A stretch of DNA of 64,000 bases from Chrysomallon squamiferum (lineage: Eukaryota > Animalia > Mollusca). Where the stretch lies: contig CM022665.1 of the NCBI GenBank assembly GCA_012295275.1, forward strand, positions 30,008,001 to 30,072,000, in the 5' to 3' direction. Under the pieces are notes generated by a model that was not told where the DNA came from, did no database searches, and was given only the letters and a program-made list of their open reading frames with translations. Each line of letters begins with the position of its first letter. Position 1 is the stretch's first letter. Positions 33,788 through 49,180 of the stretch are shown here, piece after piece. The translations under genes were made by a program, and so were the position numbers.

Positions 33788-34508
33788 GTAAGGATATGTA
33801 ATTAATAATTTAACTTTTAAAAATGGGAAATACCAATTACGGGTGGTGATATTGCATACGGTAGCGCGATCCAGTTGCCACAGAAGCAATCAAATATGGC
33901 TGACACGTCTCGACGAACCAACGTACCATAACGCTGGCGTCCGTACAAAATAAGTTCTGTTTTAGATATGTTTTCATTGTCAATTGTTTATTTATTATCT
34001 AAATATTTAGGCTACATGGTTGATTTCAAATCCGGAAGTTTGAAATAATTATACGAAACCTCCCTGTCACATTACATCTGCAGGTAACGGAGATGAAATT
34101 TAATAGCTTCTGAAGATTCGTCTTTTTCCGTAGTATGATGTATTATGGGAACGAGGTCTGATGATTCGTTGATCAGGAGTGTCAAACAATTAATTTCTCA
34201 CAGAATAAATATTACATTTATTTATCATAAATATATATATATATATATATATATAAAGTTAATGTTAATTTAAAATAAAAAATAAAAAAAGTTTTACATT
34301 ATGATTATTGTATTCAGGGTTGTTACAGTCCTTGAGAATACTTTTCTAAACACATCCTGATAATATTGAATATCAGAAAATCACAAATATCCGCACACAA
34401 GATATTCCCCCCCCTTTGACTGACGTCAAGATCATAAATATAAATATTACTTATGTTTTTACATTAATTATTGCCACATTGTTCACAATAAATGATTTCC
34501 ATATAGGC

Positions 34509-34555
<47 letters not shown>

Positions 34556-35362
34556 ATTGATGGCATAATTATTTAAGCTGTTAACATGGTTACATGATAC
34601 AAGCTAACATTCAAGTTTTTATACAAAAAATGAGAAGTATAATATACTGATAATACGTTATAATTACAAACAAATAAAGAAAATCATGCAGTTGTTTTTA
34701 AAAACTGGATCTTAAAGTAAGGAAAATGTAGGGTAATTAAATAATGAAATATTGAAATATATATAAAATTATTTTATTTATATAAATTCATTTTTAAAAT
34801 TAATTTTACTTGCTGATCAAGACAACACTTAATAATTTCTTTCTTTTTAGTGAAGGTATTATTTTCACTGATTTAATTTTTGTAATTAACACTGTTGGTT
34901 TCATATGTCATACACCTACTGAACTTATGAGTTTGTGTTTTTCTTGTATACTTCCCTATTTTTTTTATTGTTCTGAAAATATATAGTAGTAAATTTGCTA
35001 AATCATTGTAACTGATGGTTACCAGCTGTGAAAGATGTATGTTTACAACATGCACTAATAGTGTGTTTATTCTTTCTGATTTACACAATAAATTGTTTCT
35101 TAAATCTAAGCTGCATGGAACAATTATGTTTTAGTAAATTTTACATTTGAACAGTTTTACAGTCTTTTTTCATTTAGTTAGCTGTCAGGAGAAGATATAT
35201 CTTCTGAAAATGCAATTTCAAAGGTATTTGTTAATTTTTCTGTAACTATGGTGTTGACTTTTGCACAATAGTTTTATTCATAAGATTATTAGGTACTAAA
35301 TTATATTTATATTTTGTATTCATAAATATTTTAACTGAAATATTTTAACTATTTATTATATA

Positions 35363-35404
<42 letters not shown>

Positions 35405-38400
35405 GGGGGGGGACATTCATATAAAATATTCACTATACTAAGATTCCACTTATTATAATTGTTAAAACATAAACCACCCCCTAACATTATACTGCAGAGA
35501 AAAGCTGGGAATAGTATTAGTATAGCTCTATGCTGCTTAGCATTGTGCTTTAAAAGAATAATCTTAAACACTGAGTGAGGAGAGGTTTAGGTGTACTTTT
35601 TTGATCCAAGATGAATATTGTTATATCCTACTGGGTTTTTTTTTTTTTTTTTTGAAAGCAGTTTTAACTTATTTAATTTGTGATTTTAAATAAGGAATAA
35701 TTTAAGGCTGGTTGATAAATAATTAGAAATACTTTTATTACTATTATTTGACTGGATTCAAAATATTTAATTTGTTTTGAACTATTAAGAAGAAAGGAAT
35801 CCCAACTAGCAGTTTATTTTAAAAAGATGAATGCATACATTAGTTGGAATAAAATGATAAAGTAAGTTCATGCTCAAACACAACAAATACATATATTTAA
35901 TATGTTTTTAATCATAATGTTTACCTCATATTAACTTGTCAAGTATTTTTAGAATATAAAATAGCCTTGTCCATTAACATATTGATTCAGTCTTGATGTT
36001 TGGAATTGATTAAATAATAAATATATAAAACTGACCTAAATATGCTACACTCTTTTTGTCACTGTATTATAAATAACTTGTTAGACAAGTTAATCTCAAC
36101 CTTTCCAATGTTTTGGGAAGCCTGGTTGCATAATAAACTGGCTAGGTTATGAAATGAAATGCATGTAGTTAACAGTATATATATACTGTCTGCTTGCTTT
36201 TTATTGCCAGGTAACCTGATAGCTGAACATTAGTTTTCTTCATGATCATACTGATGCAAGATTATAAATTTGATTTTTGTAAAAGAATAAAAATAAGATA
36301 ATGAAAATATTGATGAAAAAACTTCTTAGTATGCTTGTTTATGTATTTGCTGGGAAGAAAACAACTGTTACTTGGATTATTTTTTAATAATTTTCTCTGG
36401 AAATTGTACACCCAATTTATATGTATATAACTATCTTAAGAAATACTGCAAAATTATTTCTGATTACTGGCATCACGGAAGAAAACTCTAAATTACAACA
36501 GTATGTTATTTGGTACATATCCTTTAATGAAAGCTTTATTCAACAAAATTCTATATCTCTTTGCATGGTTTCTGCTTGACATCCAAGCCAAATGGAGATG
36601 GAAGATTGATTGAAATTCCTAATGGCAGGATGTTCTTGGTGAACATCTATCAGATCCGTTACACGTTTCACTAATTGGAACTATACAGGGATTTAGGAAT
36701 TACTGCTGGGGGTGGGGAAAATAATTCAAACCCCATTTTTTTTTACAAGATTTATAAGTTACAGATATTAATTTTTAAGAATTAAGAATCAGTTTGTAAT
36801 TTTCATGAACATTACTGATTTCCAGCTAAAGCATGCAAAAATTGTATCAGTTACTAAAAATGTTTGTAAGAGCAATCTATTATTATTACTGTTATCTTTT
36901 TTCTCTGTTTAATTTAACAATTTTGTTTTGGTTTTTTTATTATAACTTTATTAGCCATAGTGTTAAATAAAAATAACTAAAGTTGTGGATTTATTTATTT
37001 ATTTATACAACTATTATAAATTGTTGTAGAAATAAAAAAAAACATCCAGCAGCAGTTAAATCCTTTTTGGTACAAACAGTATAATGCAACTAACAGTAAA
37101 ATTGATTTAAAATGCAAGCAGTTAAAAACCTTAGATAAAATAATTAAATGGTTGTCACATGCATCAATTCAAAACAAAATTGTTCATACAATTAGTGACA
37201 CATGTATTTACTTTATTTCACATTATTCTGTATAATTTATTTACTCTCTAGTAACTTACACTGATAAATAGTTCCCTAGTGACTTTTTTTTTTTTTGAAA
37301 TGTAACACTTATTCCAAAAATAACTGTCAGCTGGGGACTTGTTTTTCAGGATTTAATAACAATACAATGCAGTAACAAATAGGATTTTAACAATTTATGA
37401 TACCACCATCTTTAGATGTTTTAATCGTAAAGCTTACAATAGAATACCTATATTTTCTAGATCTATGCATTTATTAATTTATTTGATGTTTTAAAATATT
37501 TTGCCTGAACGATAACATCAGTAAAAACTATTAATAAAGAAAAGAAAAAGAAAAAAGAAAACATGTTTATAAGAATAGAAAAATAAATTATAATCATTGC
37601 ATATTTTAAAAAATTATCTTCAGTGCAAAACATTATTTATTTTTTTAATAATATTTTTGTGATGGTGGAATGTATATCACATTTTCATATTTTATATTTA
37701 AAATATGTTCATTTAGAAAAATATATCATGAGTTTATTGATTTTTAAAATATTATTAGTTTGAAATTGAGTTCAGTCTATTTTTATTTTTATCATGTTTC
37801 AATAATTAGTTAAGGTTGTTTTTCAGAGTCATTTGAGTTGTACCATAGTGTGTCTACTTAATCTGTAATAAGGGAACAAGTTCCTTTCACATACAGGGCA
37901 CATCCAGACAAAAAGTGCGTAAAGTGATATAGAAGAAGTACAGGAAATGTAAATTATTTTCTGAAAGGTTCAAATACCCATGTGTATTTCATTATTTGCT
38001 TAGAAAAATCTCAGATTTATGTAAATTAAACTAGGAGTTTATCAGTGGCATTTCCATAGACTGAATGCAGGAAGACACAATTTTGCTATCAATGTCTGTG
38101 TCAGTAATTCATTGATTTACGAAAAAATCATTAATGAAAGTAAATTCTGAGATGTATCAATTATTTAATATTACTTTTAGTTACTAACTTGTTTACTAAT
38201 TATTATATATTTTTATTTAACATAATTATAATAAATATAGTGGATGTCTTATTGTGAATTACCAAAGTATATTGGTAGAACTTTAAAACCAATAATAAAA
38301 TGTGTTAAAACTTACTGAAATAAACAAAATATTTAGTTCATTGATAAGATATTCAAGGGTTCATATCTGGACATAATTATGTAGCTGTATATATGTATAT

Positions 38401-41400
38401 TAGTTACCTAGACAACCCCAACCATCTACAATTCACTAGAGATAAAATAACATGTGATAAGTTGCAGAAGTATGTAATTACCATTATTTTAGCAAACCTA
38501 ATAAAGAGCTTTGATTAGTGTTTATCCATTTATAGTCTCATTAATGTATACAATTATGTGGGTTCAGAATAATGTCATGATCGGAGAAATCACAGATGTG
38601 CATGTATGAGAAATATGATGACACTAGTGCGTCATAGCCATGGTTATTGCCTTAAGTTTATCTGAGATGATAAAGGACACACATAACTTATAACTACAGC
38701 TGATTATTATTTTTTTTTAATAAACTCACTATTTCTCAAAATAAATAAAATTCCAAATGTTATATATTCCAGAGTAAGTTGAAAGAAGAATATTTTTGCT
38801 GGGTCTCGCTGTTTTGTTTTCGTATTTTTTTTTACATACACACACTTACATACATAATGGGTTTTTGGGGGGGGGGGATTTGGAGGGGTTTTGTTTTGTT
38901 CTGTTAATGATTAGAAATTGTTAATATCAGTTTTATGTATGTAGAAGCTCAATAATATGGACATTCACTGCATGAATCTGTTCAGTAAACTGGATATTCA
39001 ATTTCCATAATTGTATTATCAAAACAAACTAGTGACCTTTAAGCTTCATTTAACTGGCTGATTAGAAACAAAGAAGAACTGTTCATATTTACTGGAACTT
39101 TTACACAGTGTCTGTGTTGTTTAAAGCATATGGTTCAGTGACCTGTGTTTTAACATTCATGTTCAGGATAATTTACTTAATAAAGCTTTGAGCCACACTT
39201 AACCAATTGAAACTTGAATAAAATGTCCATGGATGTTTTGCATAAATCATTTTCAGTATCTTGGCTTGACAATTGCACCCCAACCTCAGACACCCCCCCA
39301 AAAAAACCCCAACAAATTAGCATGAATATTAATAAATAAATAAAAAAAAAAAAAAAAAAAAAAAAAAACCCAAACAAGTTTAGATTTAGTTTTTAAACAT
39401 TTTAGAAATAGCTGTGGTCATGAAATTTGTGATTAATAACAGTCTCATGAAGGAAAAAAAAAGAATAGCTAAACATTTTATGTGTTAAAATGCAGAAATT
39501 TGAAAGGACTTGAAGTTAAAGCTATAAATAATTCTTTATTGATGAATGTATGAATAAATATTTGTTTAACAACACCAAAGCATTTAAGTATTAATAGTTA
39601 TTAAATTACAAGCATAATATCAGTGATATGTAAAAGAAAATTTGCTGTTTGGAAGGAATGCATTTTCCTGTAAATGGGAATGCACATGGTATATCATATG
39701 AGGAGGATTAATTCTGAAATCTGTAATGCTTCAGTCTTTACAACTGTGCTATTATCTGCATACTTTGTACTTGGAAAAATGTGTTAATTTGAAACTTCTA
39801 TAAAACATTACCTATGTACTGACAAGGACTTAGTGTACATATGCTACAAGGTTGAACATTACTGTTAGCTCTGTAGTAAATAATTTATTTGCAGAGGCTT
39901 TCTTATGTAAGTAATAATGCTGGAAATACAGACAATGTATTTTTATAAAATGATTATGACTAATGATGTGAGCAGAGAGGAAGATACTTTTGACTTTTTC
40001 AGATATTTGCCAAGCCATCATGGAAAAAAACATTGATGTAACTTACATTTCCTATTATCCGCTCTTATACTGTGCACAGGTCGAAGCTATAAGCAATAAA
40101 TGGAGCAGGGAATAAACATGCTACTAAATAAAAAAAAATTACATCAAATGGTGGTGTCATCAAATTTACTATTTGATATTGACAAGTAATTCACAATGTA
40201 ATTGTAATTCATACATAATTCTATTAATATAATAAAATATATAATCTAAATATCATTTATCTTATCAACAACTGACGTCATATTGTGAGATACAAATTCC
40301 ATAATAAACATGACAGACATTTATGTTTTGTTGCTGGACCTGATGTGCATAATAAGATCCCAACAGTGAAAATTTACACACTGATGTAACACCCATTTTA
40401 AATTTGCACTGACTGTAAATTATGTAAACATTGCACAGTTGAACAGACAAGTCCTTAGCTTCTGATCAGGTAGGAACTGACCTAATTATATTAATTACTG
40501 TTAGAGTTGTCATACATTAATTTACAACTTGTTCAAGACAATCCTCAAAGTTAATTACTTGTATTTTTGAAATCTAGCTTAGTGCAGTAATGAGCTCTTG
40601 TCCTAGGCTTACTGCTGTTGTCATGACTACATAATATACTTTAATGGAATATGTTATTTTTATACATCTAAACCTCTTATCTGTAAAAAAAAAAAAAAAA
40701 AAAAAATTGACATGTGTCTTTTTTCCATATAAACAGTAATTGTTTTGTAAAAAATATATATATTTTTTTTTTAAATAATGTGAAATAAAATGGAAAAAAG
40801 AAAAGATTATGACAATCCATATTAAAAAATGTATAAAGAAAAAAAAAAGCAGAAGAGATAAAATCACTGATTTAGATAGAAACAGTTGGTAACAAAAGTA
40901 AGCAAAATGATACTGTTTATCTGTATAATTTTTTTTTTTTATAAAAGTATAAATTGTAAATATGAAAGTTAAACAGTGCTCATATTTTGGCATCCTAAGA
41001 ATGTCTAAATGATAAAAACACTTAATTCTTCGTTAAGCAATAAAGTTAGCACATACACATGCACTTGAATTATCCATGTTAGGTAGTAAATGTTTTGTGT
41101 TCAGTCCAAAGCTGCAGTGTTTATACACAAAATAATTTTTATTTAGCTGTGTATTTGCAGCTATATAAGTACTACATAAAAGTAAGTATTGGATATTTAA
41201 GTAACAATAATAAAATTAGATTAAAGAAATGAGGTACAACATTAAACATTACATCATTTAAACATTCCATGCAAGTGAAAATAACACTCGTGTATAGAAA
41301 ATACTAATAGCTAAAATGTTAATATTTAATTAATGGGATGTATTTAAAAATCAAACAATTATTTTCTTTTATCCTTTTAACGGAATATTTCTGTCATGCA

Positions 41401-43461
41401 TAAATCAGAAGTCATAACACTTTTAAATTGCACAAGGATTTATAGTGACTGTGTATTTAAATATTTCACTTCTTAACAAATTAAGGTGTCTTACCTGGAT
41501 ATTTGAGTCTTTCATATGCCATCAGTAGGACTATTACTAATCTAACAGCTAATATGACATAAATTAATTAATGGAATAGTTTCATGATCAAGTAGAAGAA
41601 TTAAAATTAAATATTATACTAGCTGAACAAATTACAGACATCTTACCTGAAAAAAACTTGATTTCTCATGTGCCATTTATAAGACTGATAACAGAGTATT
41701 GTTTTTCATCTTGTGGCAACAACAATGGAAATGTGCCAGATAAAAATGTCTGTAATTTGATGCTGGGCTAAACAACTGACCTGAGATATTCAAAATGGAC
41801 TCAGGAATGTTGGGAATGAGCTATGAAGGAGATCCAGTTACAGCAACCAGTGAAATGAATATATTTTAGTATTAAATGACAGATGTATTTAAAAATATGT
41901 TACTAACTGTGTGGTTTAAAAAAAAGATAAATGTAATCACTTGTTCAGTACAATCATAATATTTGGACTAAGTTGCAAACACTTTCTTTTAAGTTAGAGA
42001 ACTTTGTTCAACATTTATTGAATGAACATTCTTAAAGAAAAGTCTGTTCTAAACATAACACTTATATGATGTACTGTATTATGTTAATAGGGGCAAAAAT
42101 ATATTTGTTTGCATTGACTTAAATAATCATTACCATTTAAATATATGTGATTTTATGAATATTTTGAAAAACAAAGTGGCAGACCAAGTACATAAAAACC
42201 TTAAAATAATCACTTTCATTATTCTCAACATGTAGTAAAAATCTGTTTTTGATTTATTTATATATTGTTAGGATTTAAGTTTCCACACTGAAACAAAGAG
42301 TATCCAGTGAGCTATAAATGCTATTATTGTACATTAAACTACATATGAAATGCATATTAAAATTATTGTTCAGTGTCATAAAATTATATATTAGAATATA
42401 AATTGATTTAGTTAGCAGCAACTAATAGTCTTCTTAACCAGATCATGTTATGTATTTAGTAACATTTTGAAAGCAGAAAAAAAGTTTTGAAAAATTGTGA
42501 ATTAATTTCATTTTAATGTAAAATACTCTTTGAACTTACTGGGCATCAGATTATGTGTTTGGTATGAATATTTTTAAAAGAGATATAGTGTATCAAGGAT
42601 TCAGAGTAAATGTTGTTTAAAGCAAGGCATTGTGCTTTATAAGTTATAAAGCTGCAATTGAATAGAAGCTGTCAGCATTTTAATGATCATATCTTGTTTA
42701 CTGATCATCCAGTTTGTCACTAACATTATTAGAGATAACTGATTAATTTTATGTTTATTTTCCTGTCATGCAGTACAGCTGTTGGCTATAATGTGAGTAG
42801 TGTGATACCTGCTTGAGGCGATCAGAACCTGAAGCAAGTGTGCTAAGGTGACTGTTTTAATGAGTAGGGTCAAGTCTGTTTTATTTGAAGCAGAGAATTA
42901 TGGGATAGCTGCCCATACTGGTACACACTGGTCTGCTTGTAAGACTGATATGCTTTGAAATACTGTGACACAATTCTCTACCCACCTAGTAAGGAGTACA
43001 TCTGACTGAGCCAAAACCACAGCTGTGAAAAAAATAAAAGTGCAGTCCCACCTGGACAGCCGTGGTCCATTGGCTATTAGGAAGAAACCAGTTGTGTTCT
43101 CCCAGCACCCAAATACCCCTAAAGAGAGGTAGTTGCTTCCTTTGTTCAAATGCCAGTGGGCAGTTGAATAGGAATGTGTGTATACCTTTGATTGACCTAG
43201 TTAGTGTGTCATCATGGATCAGTTTTCTTGTTTTGAATCACTCCATTGGAGAAACAGAGGTGTGTACCAGGCAGGAAAATAGGCCAGTGTTGCTTGATAT
43301 TTAATAAGCCATTGAAGTGACATTCATTGTTTTAAAACATACATCTTTGATGTTTGGAGTTTGTTATCATTAAATACAACAGATTTGAGTGTATTTCATC
43401 AGAATATTCTAAAACTGTGTTTCTTTTGGATATTTTTTGAGTACTTTTTAAAGAAGGCAAG

Positions 43462-43487
43462 ATGGAGAGAGAAAGAGGAGGCTCAAG
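43462..43487 (+). CDS. numb: Candidate alternative first coding exon of numb (MERERGGS[R])
   Basis: AAGATGG start context and donor AAG|GTATGT in phase 2, which joins acceptor 51818 in frame with the numb ORF. Lies at the end of a GC-richer block (~42770-43490). Confidence 0.55.
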
Positions 43488-46400
43488 GTATGTTTGTTAT
43501 CTGTGTCATAAGAGTATTAAATGGCTATGATTTTGGGAAATAGGATGAAAACAATGCTGTTAGCTTATTTTGAACATTATAAACATGCACATGATAAAAA
43601 TAGATGGCATGCAGAAGATACTTAAAATTTGATTCCAAATATATTGAATAAAACAGTATACAAATTATGACTCATCTGTTCACATTCACATTTTTACTAA
43701 TTGATGGTTTATAAGAACAGTTTATTCTTGTAACTGTGCACATATAAAGCATATTTTGATGATAATATCTAGTCAAAAACATGATTTAAGTTAGTATTTA
43801 GGATACTAAAATAAAAACAGCTTGAGTATCAGTAGTGACAACGTTTTTCTTTTTTTTAATTTTTTTTTTAAATGAGTTTAATGAAATTCAAACAAAAGAA
43901 TATTTGTAGAAATTACAAAATTTGTGTGATTAAATTGTTATATGAAACACAAAAATAGAAAATTTGAATTTTTAATCTACATATAAGAATTTCAGGATGT
44001 TAAATTGTGTGTATATATATAATGTTTTTATGAAACAGAAGTCTCTAAAATGTCTTCTACTACTTAGAACAATTAGCTAATGTTTCCCTTCTGAATTTCT
44101 TAATAAACCACTCATGATTATGACATGTTGGCCATCAATATTGGTACTGAATCTTTCATTATAACTCTTATTCATTAGAAACAATATACTTTTTCTTCTT
44201 GTAAAATGTTGTATATGAAAGCACTAAAACTTCAATTAGTTGTAACAATGAAAATGTCCAGTTAGCAGACCTGCTGGATTCCCAATATTTTTCAGTTCTA
44301 ATTAATTAAGACTGAAAAGCCAGAAGTTATGAACTTACGTACTTATGTAATTTGAAATCTGTTAATCTGTTTAAATGATAAATCATTATTCTAGTTTGGC
44401 TTATTCTGTTTGTTAATATTTAGGTTACCTGTTACTTAGATAAGATACCACATTTAGAAGTTCTATTGTATTAGATTGTAATTTGTTATGCCAGTATTTT
44501 ACCTGTATGTGCAAGGACATATTAAATAGCAATTGCTTTGAAAGATTATCAGTTAAATTAAAATATTTATTATCAGAGGGAAAATAACAGTAAAAATAAA
44601 TTTAAGATGAAACATTCAGTATAGTAATTAATCATATCGTATCATGGGTGTGTCATCTTTAGTATATTGCCTTAAAAACATCTGTGTGTGTGTGTGTGAA
44701 AACTTTGTTATAAAAAACATTGAATCATTATAGTTTCAGTTACTGTGGTTAGGTGTATTCTTCAGATTGGTTTAAATAATTATTGTATAATTAAGCAGTT
44801 TAAATTGTAAAATTTAGATAAATGAAGTGAAAACAAAAGGCAAAAAAAATTCTAAAGACAAGATTTATTAAAAATTTATAGCATATCAATTAATTTTGCC
44901 TTGAAAATATAACTTTGTATACTTTGAAGTTATTATTTTATTTATTTATTTTTTTAAATGTATAATAAAATATCACTGATTTATATAGATTTGTTAAGTA
45001 ACTTGTGAAATAGAAAATAATACTGTGTAAGTATATGAGGTCAATTTTTGTTAGAACATGCCTGAGTTACACTTCAAACATTTATAAATTAAATACTGTT
45101 TTAATAAAACATGAAGTTTTATCATTGTGATTTATACAAATTTATAAGGATAAGAGTTTTTATTTACACATTTTGACCAAAAAAAAAAAAAAGTATCATT
45201 ATATTATTATTTTTTAATGGAACTGAAATTAACTTAAAGTACATCACTGTATGAGAATCAGTTTCAAGCTCAAAACTGAAGTAAAATCTAACAATTCTTA
45301 AACATTTTATTACTCAGATATACATCTGCATATGCGAAATTTCATGAAACAACTCCTGAATTGTTAATAAAATTTCATTATATATTTTTGGATGCACATG
45401 CTTGTGCACACACCCAGTACTCACAGATGTAAACACACACTGGGTACATAATAGGTTTCTTTTCCCAGTACTTGAAGGATAATGAATTTGCATTGATAAA
45501 TGTACCTAAATACTAACATATTATTACTTCAAATATAGTATAACTGATCAAAATGTTTATATTTCTTGTGTAATTGGTAATATAGATCTCTAAATTCTAA
45601 TGCTTTATTTTTATATTCTTTGATATGCTTGCTGATTAAAATAAAAGTATTGTTATACTTTCAGAAATGAACATAATATATATATGCATATATATGTATA
45701 TAAAATTTAGAAACATTTTATTTATTTTATGCTGTACAGTCGAGTAAACATGTAAAATACTTAAATCTAGGTAATCTAGGTCTTTGTATAAAACTGGGGT
45801 TTAGTGATATTGATTACAAAATGTACAGCAAACTGACTTGAATTTGCTGATCTTTGTATGTTTTCCCTGCATGCTGCAACAATATTGGAATGCTGTCAAC
45901 CACTGTGTTTGTTAACCTAGACCTTTTTCTTGGCCAGTATAAATGTTTACTTTTGCTGCTTCTGTGATAATGTGTCCAAGTAACAGCTCGTGAAGAAGAG
46001 ACCCTTTTCATATTATGTTGTTCAGGTATAAACAATGTTAAATGTCATAAACATTTTAATTTCCATTTCACTGAATAGAAAAGAAGTGTTATGAGGCATG
46101 AGACTAATCTTGTTAGTCTGAAAGAAAGAAAGAAAAAATGTGTTTACAAATTCAGGATTGGAAGTTAATTCCATCTATATGTTTTTGAAAAACATTTAAA
46201 TTTTTATCAAAATGACCATTATCAGTTTTAAGAATATGAAAGGTGTTTACTGTAAATATATTTTCATTTACAAACAAAACAGATAATTTAGGTCTGAAAA
46301 AAAGTATTGAATTTTGTGTGCCCAAAATACCATAAATATAACACACATCTGGACATAGCTTACCGCATCATTATTACTAACTCAGACATATTTTATTTGT

Positions 46401-49180
46401 TGCTGAGACATTTTGTATCAGGTTTCTGGATTTTGAAAAAGAGAAGTAAAATATATAAACAGTATTATTTTCTGTTGTGTTAGAACCACAGATATTGTCC
46501 ACTCCATAAATAATGTATTAGGCACATGTATATATTTACTCCAACCAAAATTTAAAAATTGATTGTGTGTTTTAGTTCTTTTAGCTACAAGGTTTTCTAA
46601 AGCTTAATGTTACTATATTGATATCTATATTTTCTGTCACATGTTTTAATGAAAAAAGTATAAAATACTTAGAAATAGAAATACACTTGAATACATTATG
46701 TCACTCTTGGACATAACAACTACAAAACACATGTGTTTTTGTTGAAGGAAAAGATATAGATTGATTTAATGATAGTGGAACAGGAATTTTTTTAAAGAAA
46801 TTATTCAACTGTGTATTTCTGTTTTATATTTTTAAGTGTAAGAAATCTTTACAAATTATGGTAAAATAACAATAACCGTTACAATTAAATAAGTTACATT
46901 TAAAAATCTTTACACATACTTAACTGATTAGGCATCTATTCCTGAGTCATATTTATTTTTATCTACTGACCTTTTTGAAAGACAAGTTTAATATTTATAT
47001 ATGCTTGAAAAGGTTAATGTATACATGTGTATCACTGTGAGCTTGTATTTGTGTGTATATGTAGTAAAGGGCATTTGGATGAAAGAAGTTTAATCTGAAT
47101 TTATACTTGTATCATAGTTTTTTTATATGTCACCTGCACATTTGATCATTATGGGTATATGTGTACCCAACTGATTATTCAGTTTAATTTTAGTACATCA
47201 AACTGGCGTATTGAGATTTCCTTAAATACATTTTACTGTATTAGTTGTAAGTTTAAAAGACAAAGAAAAAGAATAGAGAGAAGTAAATAAAACAAAAGTA
47301 TGTGAATATATTAACCTAAATAAAAAGTCACTAAAATAAAAATTCTAAAGCCTTGGTACATGCATTTCACTAACTAGCAGAGCTCACTAATAGTAATACA
47401 CAAGAACACACCTAGTCTCCTGAAACACAGAGTGTTTATAGCAAGATTATTCTGGGAGTGTTCGTGTGTACACGCTGTGATGAAATCATCCAGGAATTTA
47501 TTGATGTTTATTGATCAAGCTGTTTGTGGTTGGTGCATGTTGTTTGCTGCGACAGTCTGCTGTACAAGTCATGAATTACAGAGATAGACAGAAGTTTGTT
47601 TATGCTTGAACTGTTCTTGTGATTCACTTGAGTGAAAATAATCTAGGAATTTACCAGCAGCAGTGAATTGTAGCAGTCTCTGTTCCTCAGTGCTCTTTTT
47701 GTTGAGGAATGGATTAACATACCAAAGGCTAATGCCATTCATAATTGCTTGTCTGTCTAGTCAATTCCCTTGTGCAAAAGAAGCCATGTTTTTGATTGAA
47801 TTTTCGTTGGCACAGAGAAAACTTTGGGCTAGGTACAGCCACATACCATTTGCTTAAATCAGGTATTTCATTCATATTCACCTAGTTTGTTCAGGTTTAT
47901 TTTTGGAGTTTAGCTCTTTGTAAACAGATATATATATATATATAACACTGATCATATTAGTTGTAACTATTTTAATATTTCTTACCTTCAGGTTCAAGTA
48001 CTTGTGATTCACATTACACTTTTAATTGTATAAGATAAAGTCAAATTCATTTTGACATAAAAGGATTATAGTTTTTAATCACTATAAACTCTTGTTTGTA
48101 ATTTGCTATAGAGAATCATATTCCTTGGGTGATCCTATTTTCAGGAAAAAACCTTTCCAATATAATTACTGTATTTCAGCTGTCATGCTTAGCTGCATTT
48201 TGAACACATTTTTATAAAAAGTATGAAAACAGTTGCAGCATAGTCTGGGAATAGGTAAAGTGTCACTGCCATTTTTCACAGTCCTATTTTGAGGTTTTCA
48301 CATAAGGAATTTTTAATTTTATGTTGTCAATGAAGAAAAGACAGAGGTGGCATGAAGCAGTTTCTTTTTGTTTTTAATAAACCCCTGAAACACCCAAAAC
48401 AACAACAACAACAATGTAACAACCTGATATTGTTAAAAAAAAAATGGCAAGATAAACTATGTGTAATACCAGATAATAATTGTTTTGAAATGCTTCAATT
48501 AGTTTCATAAGAAAACTTATTTATTCAATTTAGCATTTCTAAATGACAGTGAGATCAACTATTGCAAAATAACATCAATTACTTGTTGTTATTTTTTTAA
48601 ATGAAATCACTAATATGAACCTTAACTTAATACAGTTATCAGTAATATCCTTTTTGATAATTAATATTAATTCTTAAAACAGTTACATGATTGTTCAAGG
48701 AGTATACACTGGTCACTTCATATCAGAAAAGCACATGATGGTTGAGACTACCCAGAATTCCATACTGCTTGTCAATTTCAGCAGATTTGGGCTTTTTGCC
48801 AGGCACTAAAAGCATCCACAATTAGAAAAATTCACCAGCACTCAGACCATTAAATTATAGTTCCAGTCACTTGACTTATACCACCATGATGTATATATTT
48901 ATGTTAAAATAAATCAAAATAGATATTTGCTGGTTTGCAAAATTTACACAATTTTCTGTAACTTTTATCATGCTGATCAATAGCATCAGCTGTTGTTTGA
49001 AAACATAAAAAGTATCCTAGACTGATAAATAACAGGTGTTGATAAGAATTTTTTTTTTCTTTTTAAATTAAACAAATGAAACACCCTCTTTTTTTTGCTT
49101 TTTAAATAAGAAAGAAAAAGAAATTAATAAGGAGGGAGAAAAAGGTAAAAGTTTTTTGATAATTATTATAACAAGAAATA

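Noticed and set aside
33823-33849. AAAATGG-initiated MGNTNYG, reminiscent of the myristoylated MGN start of Drosophila Numb
   Set aside because: It would need a very weak donor (GG|GTGGTG) to join Numb in frame and lies just inside the intron after a strong donor; otherwise it stops after 8 codons.
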